The translations under genes were made by a program, and so were the position numbers. DNA of 64,000 nucleotides from Iphione sp. A-MEVVRFRX5 (taxonomy: Eukaryota), in NCBI GenBank assembly GCA_976226885.1, contig OZ320316.1, positions 88,660,001 to 88,724,000 on the forward strand. Direction: 5' to 3'. Every line of letters starts with the position of its first letter. Position 1 is the first letter of the stretch. The notes below the pieces were generated by a model. That model did no database searches, was not told the origin of the DNA, and worked only from the letters and a program-made list of their open reading frames with translations. This document shows, piece after piece, positions 29,701 through 37,657 of the stretch.

Positions 29701-30607
29701 GTCCCATATTTGGCCTATTTACAAAATGTACTTGTGCATTGATCCGAGCGGATAATAATGCACGGTGGCAAATTGACACGCGAATACATAGCCAGGTACA
29801 TACAATGTATAAAGATGTTTATATATGTCCAGAGATAATTATGCTCTGTTTCGAGCGTGTATTCCTTTCACATCTCCCAAAATATCAAATAAATACTCAT
29901 TGCATATGCAAAGTGGACAATCATTGAAACACATGGCATCATGCCACCCAAAGTCAGATTACACCTATCAGTTACATACAGACACGGAAACATACTTCAT
30001 CTTTCAGATCTATATCAAATAAATCCCTCATTTGAAACACACATTATTGGCACACATCGAAAAGGGCACATCTGAAATCAGACCATCTAGCGTCATATTG
30101 AGCCTATTCTTTACACATGGAAGTATTATACATCATGTGTCAAATCTGTTCAGAGTCATCCCTTCAGTTAAATACCATGTATGAACGTAAAAGGTTTCAT
30201 AATGTTAGTATCTCTTGTTGCATCTTGAGTTTTAATAAGCGGTCTAAGATATTATGCTACGCACAGAGCTATAAAAGGACGGGATCACGGTACTACAGCG
30301 AGCTACTTTAATCAGCACAGTGACTTTCAAAAGGTTTTGATGAGCAATACAGCAATGGTATGACCTTACACATAGCTTACCATAATTATGCTGTGATGTA
30401 TTTGCGTGAGCTAAGAGAATATTCTATTTTGAAATAATCTTGAGAACGGTGCGAATCATACGAGAGTACATGTACATATACTACAGATATACAGTCTGAC
30501 ACATATCCATACATATTTTACAGCGTCCACTCATGTCTACGATCGTGATGCAGATATATATTTTAACACTGATCTAAAATCCAGGCTTGTTACTGAGAAA
30601 TATGACT

Positions 30608-30634
30608 CAGACAGACAGACAGACAGACGGACGG
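30608..30634. repeat. (CAGA)5 microsatellite trailing into CGGA units
   Basis: cagacagacagacagacagacggacgg read directly. Confidence 0.9.
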
Positions 30635-31099
30635 CACTGGCCTCTAATTGTTATTGAATCATCTACTGCTGCTAATTAAAAATTCCGCACTGGCGTTCAT
30701 ATAATTTGCCATTGCGTGAGAAGATGGTCGGAGTGGGCGTCAAGGGTGTTGGATTCAGCGTGCCTTGTATTTTTTACTAAAACGGTCTGCACTAATTAGA
30801 TTATCCTGAAATGCACCGGGGCATTGTCACTGCCTTTTTCCTGTCCGCCCCCATGCTTTGCGGAAGACCCCCCGGGGTTAAGACTGCCATCCACAGATAA
30901 GCATTCACTGGCTGCACAACGGTTTCCACACCTTTTGTTTCTGCAAACAACGTGGATTTCGCCTGGTGCACTTTAGGCTAATTCGATTGAGAACACCATG
31001 TTTTCTAGCCTCCTGTCCACCGCCCCAACGGAACATGTTAATGCCCGGCAGGCGGTCCGTTTAAATCGATCCGCATGCCGGTCAAGCTACTATTCGTTC

Positions 31100-32330
31100 T
31101 GATTCGAGTGTGGTTGGAAGCAAGCAGCCACCTCTTTTCAGCGGAAGACGGTGACCAGCCTAATAAGGAAACCAGACCGTCCGTCCGGATACATATAAAT
31201 CGCGTTATATGCCAGACTTGATTTCCTGTATGTAAAAGAAGGCGGACTGAAGCTAACCATTCTGTCTCCGTTTCTCCGTGCTTGCGTACCTCCTCCGCTC
31301 GACATCTTGTTCCCTTTCCGGTTTAACTATAAGAAGGTGACACGTTGAGAAATGTTTTTCTAGCAATGCTTATGTTGACGAAGGATACCAGAAAGACTAT
31401 ATGGTGGCCTGCAAGGGGGTTTCTTTGCAGTCTTCATAAATCTGCCAAAACTTTGTTTTCTTTGAAACGAAAACAAAGGGTCGCTGGCTAGTGGAACAAA
31501 AGACTGCCCACGTGGGATATTGGATGGCCAGTAGCAATGTCCAAATACTGCAAGTATTGGTCTAATCTAATACCGTCAAGCACCCTGACCCGAGTCCAAA
31601 AATGGACAGAATCAGGAAAGACACCTGACCCTTGCCCCTGGCACGCACTGACCCTTAGCATCTACCTCCTTGCCATGCCAGATCATATCACCCGAGGGTC
31701 ACTGCAAAACAAGCGACTTCATATTTTGAGTGAATGTGACAGTCCTCTGTGTGGGTTAACCTGTCGAAGCTTGCGTGGGTCTCCAGACTATTCGAAGAAT
31801 TCTCCAACAAAAACATTACGTGACGTATCACTTTGTGAAAGCCTGTCAGTGTGTCAGTGGAATCACGTGGTACAAATGTAGTTTTTATTTCGGCCGTCTG
31901 AGAGTAAGACGCAACCACTCTGACGTGCCGGATAAATCTGGCTAAAAGCAACCATCTTTCTTGAATGTTGATAGATGACGTCACTGCCAGGCTGGTCATC
32001 AAATCTTTGTGATTTAATTTGGACGCAAATGTGCACTCAATGGCTCAGATAGGAGGAGTGGCGTATTTGTCATCGTTGAAGGGTGAATTTATCTGGTCTT
32101 GTGGCAGCTACAGCAGTGCTGAGTGGCAGGCACGGGGGAGCGGTCGGTGGCCTATTGTGGTGGTAAATCTAGTGTGTGAATGCAGCTTTTGGCGGCGAAG
32201 ACGTCGCTTTTCTTTCATCAGCTGGTCTTTATTACCGGTGACAGCACGGCGTCCCGTCCGCGATCGCGTCTTGCTTGTGGTTGACGCTTCACTGGGTTTA
32301 ATGCGTTAAATCCCCATCAGGTCGGGCGCT
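31100..32330 (-). mobile_element. Possible decayed SAP + SWIM (YqaJ-type accessory ORF) DNA-transposon relic
   Basis: RRAVTGNKDQLMKE (SAP-like, about 32210-32260) and AKGQCVPGARVRC (SWIM-like C.C.AG...C, about 31620-31660) in the expected order; disrupted. Confidence 0.25.
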
Positions 32331-32905
32331 CCGCCGCATCTAGTAGCTAAAGACGCCGGATCTCTCTTACCGATGACCTAGCTGCCTCCATTACTAAAAT
32401 GTAAACGGCCTCTTTGCCTAAGATCTAACTTTAGTTCCCCATTAAATCAGATGAGCGCTTCTGATCCCTCATAGCATCAAGGTAAGATGATGAAGAATTA
32501 ATGGGGAAGGTCCTCCCGTGCAGCATAGATTCTTTTTATAAGCAAGGCAAGCTTCATGATTAAAGATTAACTTACGTGCGGCTCTTCTCATATTATCACT
32601 ACTAAGCTAATATCAACTGGGGGTTTCTTGGTACTCTCTTCTAATGATGATATTCAGACCATTTAGCAAGCCAATTATCTGGAAAACATCATTTCATCCT
32701 TCCGTGACCCTCATTAGCGACGAGGTCCCTTTGAATCATTATGTATGACAAATTTTTTTCACAGTAAATGGATCAGACAGCAGCGAGCTAAACGGACATT
32801 TTATTATCGATTCTTTCTAAAGGGTGTCATGTTTAGTCATCCGCCAATCTGAGAAACCTAAAATGCGCGACAGATTTCAGTGTAGAATTCAGACATGACT
32901 TAAGA

Positions 32906-33017
32906 TAATGGTGACGGCATGATTGAAGGGCGAGTCATTAGTGAACCAACCAACCCTGACCGCTACACCGTATATAAACCCTTGAAATCGCTTCCTCGGC
33001 CTCTCTCTCGTTTTGCT
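32906..33017 (+). repeat. Split direct repeat A1 (promoter-bearing)
   Basis: Identical to 37333-37444; contains TATATAAA at 32971-32978, about 30 nt before a pyrimidine-rich CTCTCTCGTTTT initiator-like stretch. Confidence 0.95.
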
Positions 33018-33075
33018 GCAGACGAAGACGGTCGCACCCAGGGCACCACAGAGAGAGAGCGCGCCTATTGCCATT

Positions 33076-34350
33076 ATGTCGCTGTCACCTGACGAAACTG
33101 CTACCCCTGGCAAGGGAAAAGAAAAGACTACAAAGCTCAAGGTGACCGACCGCCTTGAAAGGCTCGAAAGAGCCATGGACGACATTGCTTTATTGAAAAC
33201 ACATATTCTTTCCCTTTCAGCAACCTCCCAGCAGACACAGGGAGAGCCTGTCACCGGTCAGAGCAACGAAAGTTCGTCAGACGAGAGGCCAGCAGACCCC
33301 ATCCCGGGTACAAGTCAGCAAGGAACCGAGACGGCAGCTACTACCCAGACGAACCAGCCCAATGCAGCGTCGAACCAACCTGTCCAGTTCAACACTTCAG
33401 GCGAACCACGTGGCGAACCTCGACACCGCGTCACAATGGGCACGAGCGTGACAGTGGGCACCAACAACACGTGGCCGTCCTTCCCTCAGCAGACGGGCGT
33501 CCTGATGCAGCCAGCACTTCTCCAGGCCCAGCAATACAAGCACCAGTCAGCGCCAGCAGTCGAGTTCTTCCCTCGTCGTCACCAGGCCGGGCATGCTGTT
33601 CTACCTACGCCTAACGAACTTCGCAGTGGACCGTCAGTCCAACACTATATAGATTCATACCTGGACGCTACGGCTCCGTGGCTCAGCCAAACTAACGAGA
33701 ACCGAGGTAACATAGACCTAAGGGTGCGAAATCTGATCCCGAAACCACACATGTACGTTCAAAAAGACGGTTTATCAACTCCGAAACAGAAAAATGAGTA
33801 TCGGGAAAAGATAACGTACCACGAGTTCGTGCCAGCATATTTTGCAATGCTTAAAGATGAGCACGCATTTGCCAGTCATGAAAAACCATATGTTCTTGAA
33901 CACTTATTCCATGTTACCCAGGACGCCCAGAGGCGCCCATGGAAGAATGTTAGGAGGTGGTCAAATAACATATTTGATATGATAGAAAGAAACGAAATAA
34001 CTTGGGCACACAGTCATGAAATAGCATATGAAAGGCTCATGGTCTCGATGGCGGGCGTATCCCCTGGTGATGTAGTTGAGGTTCCATGTCCTGTGTATAA
34101 TTCTGCTACATGCATCCACAAGTCAGACTATCACCAAGAACAAGAGGTAAAATTCCTCCACGTTTGCATGTATTGCTTCGCACTCAACGGTGCGAAGCAC
34201 GCTCATGCGAACAGTGTGTGTGGGAAAAGAGCAAAAATCAACCTAGCTCCAAAAACGCAAAACACGCAACATGGACAACAAAATACTCGTCCCCATTACC
34301 AGACAAATGCCCCACAGTACACTCAGCAGAAGCAGTCAAAAAACGAGTAG
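33076..34350 (+). CDS. Gag-like ORF1 of YR retrotransposon (424 aa from first ATG)
   Basis: ORF 33013-34350, first ATG at 33076. Q/T/P-rich N-half, helical core (PW..VRRWSN..FD.IE..W) and a Cys/His cluster CPVYNSATCIH...HVCMYC...HAHANSVC, typical of DIRS/Ngaro Gag. Confidence 0.85.
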   Translation: MSLSPDETATPGKGKEKTTKLKVTDRLERLERAMDDIALLKTHILSLSATSQQTQGEPVTGQSNESSSDERPADPIPGTSQQGTETAATTQTNQPNAASNQPVQFNTSGEPRGEPRHRVTMGTSVTVGTNNTWPSFPQQTGVLMQPALLQAQQYKHQSAPAVEFFPRRHQAGHAVLPTPNELRSGPSVQHYIDSYLDATAPWLSQTNENRGNIDLRVRNLIPKPHMYVQKDGLSTPKQKNEYREKITYHEFVPAYFAMLKDEHAFASHEKPYVLEHLFHVTQDAQRRPWKNVRRWSNNIFDMIERNEITWAHSHEIAYERLMVSMAGVSPGDVVEVPCPVYNSATCIHKSDYHQEQEVKFLHVCMYCFALNGAKHAHANSVCGKRAKINLAPKTQNTQHGQQNTRPHYQTNAPQYTQQKQSKNE

Positions 34351-36197
34351 AACCGGTCCTACCAACATGCCAGACAGTTGGGCGGGCCGTAATGCACCCA
34401 CACACAACAGAAATAGATTTTGCACTTGTCCGTGAGATATGCCGGTCAGACGACCGGGATATCACCCAAGCATGTACGTTTCGACAATTAGCTGACCACA
34501 AAGCACGAACATGGCCAAATATAGACCTGGGCGATGTTTCCTCTTCTCTCATTCCCATATACAACAGCGTCCGTGCTGACGGGAGACCCAACTTGTTGGG
34601 CGCACGACTCCCCATTCCTTCCACTACAAATATTACTGCTTGGGCCACATACCTACGTCACGACTACACCGACCCACAACTTATTGACTTGCTTACGTAT
34701 GGGTTCCCATTGGGCTACATGGGCCCTGGGTCTACCTGTTCGAGCGGAAATAACCACCCATCTGCTAAACAGTACCCACAAGCCATTGATACCTATGTAG
34801 AAAAGGAATTAGCCCTGAATGCGATCCATGGCCCTTTTGATAACCCACCGTTTGATCCCTGGTTTCACACATCACCTCTTATGACCCGCCCTAAGAGAGA
34901 CACCGACAAAAGGCGAGTCATTCTAGATATGTCATATCCAGATAGTGAGTCAGTAAATGCATACATAGGCAAGAATATGGTATTAGGGGTAGTTAGAGAT
35001 CACTCGCTTCCTACCATACAGTCGTTACTAACCACCATTAGACAAGTTGGAGGGTCTCCTTACCTGGCAACCATTGACATCGCCCGGGCATACAGAAATT
35101 TCGGGACTTGTCCGCTCGATTGGCCGTTGATGGGGTTCAAATGGAATGGAAAATATTATTTTGACACCGCCATTCCGTTTGGATCCCGTTGCTCGGCCAA
35201 TCACATGCAGCGGATTGCCGATGCTATTGTCCGCATACTCAGCAGAGAAGGGATCACTGCATATATGTACCTGGACGATTTAATATTGGTTGAGCCTTGT
35301 CAGGAGAAAGCACAATCAGCATTTGCACGCGTACAAGACCTACTATCAGAGCTGAACTTGCCAGAGGCAAAAGAAAAGGCCCAGCCCCCTCAAAAACTTG
35401 TAACTTGGTTAGGTATTAACATCGACACATATGCAATGACAGTCTCAATTCCACCCTCGAGGGTCACGGACATTCTGGATGTAGTCACGAAGAGTGAGAA
35501 GTGTAAGAGCATGGTTAAGCACGACTTTCAAAGTCTCTTAGGGAAGGTGCTTCAGATAGCAAGATGTGTTGCCCCTGCACGTCTGTTTGTCAGTAGGCTT
35601 CTTAAGAACTTAAGAGAGGCGAGAGGAAGGTATGTAAAGATCGATGGCGAGGCAAAATTAGACCTGAGATGGTTCATTACGTACTTGAAACAATGGAACG
35701 GAATAGCTATCATTCCCCGAACCCAAGTAGACCGAGAGATAGTCGTAGATGCGTGCCTCTCGGGGATTGGTGGGGCTGATAGCTCCAGGTGGTATGCCGA
35801 GAAAATCCCAGCCTTCTGCCAGGGATTTCATATCACTCAGATCGAAGCTGTTAACCTCCTCATTGCGGTTAAAACATTCGTAGGCGAAAGAGACGCCGGT
35901 AAGCAGATTAAGATCAGGTGCGACAATATGCCCGCAGTAGATATGTTCCGCTCGGGCAGGGGAAGGGACCCTATTCTCCTAAAATGTGCTCGATCTTTGT
36001 GGTTTCACCAGGCATTGTATCATGTCACGATCATATATGAACATACTCCAGGGGAGCACATGACCTTCGCTGATGCTCTTTCTCGCTGGGATGATCACCC
36101 TAAGTTCCAATTTATAGCTGCGGACTTCATCGCAGCAGGTAATTTGCAAAAAATTAATTCTGTAACAGACCCTAATGCCTTGTGGTCTGACTTGTAA
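34110..36197 (+). CDS. Reverse transcriptase / RNase H (ORF2)
   Basis: RT: SPLMTRPK, RRVILDMS, TIDIARAYRN, IPFGSRCSA, YLDD (35268-35279), TWLGINID. RNase H: VDAC, EAVN, CDN, H.PG...ADALSR. Overlaps ORF1 in the -1 frame; no methyltransferase domain after RNase H. Confidence 0.95.
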   Translation: MHPQVRLSPRTRGKIPPRLHVLLRTQRCEARSCEQCVWEKSKNQPSSKNAKHATWTTKYSSPLPDKCPTVHSAEAVKKRVEPVLPTCQTVGRAVMHPHTTEIDFALVREICRSDDRDITQACTFRQLADHKARTWPNIDLGDVSSSLIPIYNSVRADGRPNLLGARLPIPSTTNITAWATYLRHDYTDPQLIDLLTYGFPLGYMGPGSTCSSGNNHPSAKQYPQAIDTYVEKELALNAIHGPFDNPPFDPWFHTSPLMTRPKRDTDKRRVILDMSYPDSESVNAYIGKNMVLGVVRDHSLPTIQSLLTTIRQVGGSPYLATIDIARAYRNFGTCPLDWPLMGFKWNGKYYFDTAIPFGSRCSANHMQRIADAIVRILSREGITAYMYLDDLILVEPCQEKAQSAFARVQDLLSELNLPEAKEKAQPPQKLVTWLGINIDTYAMTVSIPPSRVTDILDVVTKSEKCKSMVKHDFQSLLGKVLQIARCVAPARLFVSRLLKNLREARGRYVKIDGEAKLDLRWFITYLKQWNGIAIIPRTQVDREIVVDACLSGIGGADSSRWYAEKIPAFCQGFHITQIEAVNLLIAVKTFVGERDAGKQIKIRCDNMPAVDMFRSGRGRDPILLKCARSLWFHQALYHVTIIYEHTPGEHMTFADALSRWDDHPKFQFIAADFIAAGNLQKINSVTDPNALWSDL

Positions 36198-36208
36198 TTC
36201 CAGATCCT

Positions 36209-37168
36209 GTGGCGGTGCGGCTGGCAGCGGAGGCAGAACGGCTTGTAGCCAATGCAAGGGCCCCAGGAACTATAGAAAACAGAAGGTCGGCCACTCGTGC
36301 ATACTTGTCTTTCTGCTACCGCTTCCAAGTGACTCCACTACAGCCCACGCCTCTCCAGGCTTGTATGTATATCCGTTACCTCGCCAGTTTCGTCTCAAGT
36401 CCTGCCTCAGTTTCAAACGCTATTTCACATATTCGTGAATTTCTTCGCGACCACGGCATCGAACAAACGGGCTTCACCTCTCGTCAGGCAAAGCACGCGC
36501 TAGATGCCCTGAACCGATCTAAGTGTTATCTTGTTGAACGAAAACGTCCATTAGGGGCTGGCGAGGTAAAACGGCTTATGTACGCCACCCTTCCCCAGGC
36601 ATATGGCCTCATAGTCAGGATGGCATACCTTCTAATGTTCTATGCTGGCCTACGCCAGTCTGAAGTGGCCCCTCGATCGCTACACTCTTTCGACCCTGAT
36701 CGCCACCCGACTAGGGATGATGTTGCTGTTCTCGACGATAAACTGCTACTTCGTCAGAAATGGTCCAAAACCAGGCAAATGTACGATCAGGCCCGCGACA
36801 TTATTTTACCTACCTCTTCCGACCCTATTTTGTGCCCTGTACATACTTACAAGACCCTTGTCGCAGTGTATCCGACCGTACGTAAACGCCAGCCCCTGTT
36901 GTGCTGGAATTCGGACACTGCTCCTATCACGTCTCCATGGCTAGCTAAGAAGTTACATGAATTGGCTTCGCATGCGGGGATTGACTCATCTGCCCTGTCG
37001 TTACATAGTTTTCGTAGGACAGCTGCTACCCTGGCATACGAGAATGGCTGTGATACCTTACAGGTCCAACACTTTGGTTCATGGAAGTCGGAAGCGTATC
37101 AATCTTATGTTAGCACTCGCAACTCCAAGCAGGTCTCGGAGATACTAGTGCGGTCACTCACTAAATAA
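36209..37168 (+). CDS. Tyrosine recombinase (ORF3, lambda-integrase family)
   Basis: Catalytic set intact: R (GLRQSE), K (WSKT), HxxR (HSFRR), W (GSWKS), Y (AYQSY), after a core-binding-like N-terminal region. No ATG at the 5' end; frame opens at 36191. Confidence 0.95.
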   Translation: MAVRLAAEAERLVANARAPGTIENRRSATRAYLSFCYRFQVTPLQPTPLQACMYIRYLASFVSSPASVSNAISHIREFLRDHGIEQTGFTSRQAKHALDALNRSKCYLVERKRPLGAGEVKRLMYATLPQAYGLIVRMAYLLMFYAGLRQSEVAPRSLHSFDPDRHPTRDDVAVLDDKLLLRQKWSKTRQMYDQARDIILPTSSDPILCPVHTYKTLVAVYPTVRKRQPLLCWNSDTAPITSPWLAKKLHELASHAGIDSSALSLHSFRRTAATLAYENGCDTLQVQHFGSWKSEAYQSYVSTRNSKQVSEILVRSLTK

Positions 37169-37177
37169 ACCCCTTTT

Positions 37178-37337
37178 GGCGCATATCTCGATGTATTTTA
37201 TCAATTATACCACTATTGTGTTTTATTATTGTACAAACATCTTAACTTGATATTTTAATATCTTGTGTGTGCAATAAAATTGCCCAAAAATCAGATGTCC
37301 GTTCACCTTATTTATGTAGTTGGTAGTAGAACTAATG
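37178..37337 (+). repeat. Split direct repeat B1
   Basis: Identical to 37498-37657; AT-rich with AATAAA at 37273-37278. Confidence 0.95.
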
Positions 37338-37444
37338 GTGACGGCATGATTGAAGGGCGAGTCATTAGTGAACCAACCAACCCTGACCGCTACACCGTAT
37401 ATAAACCCTTGAAATCGCTTCCTCGGCCTCTCTCTCGTTTTGCT
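37333..37444 (+). repeat. Split direct repeat A2
   Basis: Identical to A1; overlaps B1 by TAATG. Confidence 0.95.
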
Positions 37445-37497
37445 CCCACCCTCCCACCCCCTGCTTGCCTAGTCAAAAAATTGTATTTTATCGTTAA

Positions 37498-37657
37498 GGC
37501 GCATATCTCGATGTATTTTATCAATTATACCACTATTGTGTTTTATTATTGTACAAACATCTTAACTTGATATTTTAATATCTTGTGTGTGCAATAAAAT
37601 TGCCCAAAAATCAGATGTCCGTTCACCTTATTTATGTAGTTGGTAGTAGAACTAATG
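37498..37657 (+). repeat. Split direct repeat B2 (3' terminus)
   Basis: Identical to B1; AATAAA at 37593-37598; ends in TAATG. Confidence 0.95.

Larger units (their letters stand above)
32906..37657 (+). mobile_element. Full-length YR retrotransposon (DIRS order, Ngaro/PAT-type split direct repeats), 4752 bp, apparently intact
   Basis: gag, RT/RNase H and YR ORFs are open. A1 32906-33017 = A2 37333-37444 (112 bp, identical). B1 37178-37337 = B2 37498-37657 (160 bp, identical). No LTR, integrase or PBS. Confidence 0.95.

Noticed and set aside
34110-34337. ATG 34110 as the independent start of RT/RH
   Set aside because: The N-terminal extension overlaps the gag zinc finger and has no RT-like character; a frameshift cassette at 34338 explains ORF2 expression better. 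Not formally excluded.
37178-37657. CRISPR array or assembly duplication
   Set aside because: Only two copies each of long repeats, arranged exactly as the A/B split repeats of a YR retrotransposon; eukaryotic context.
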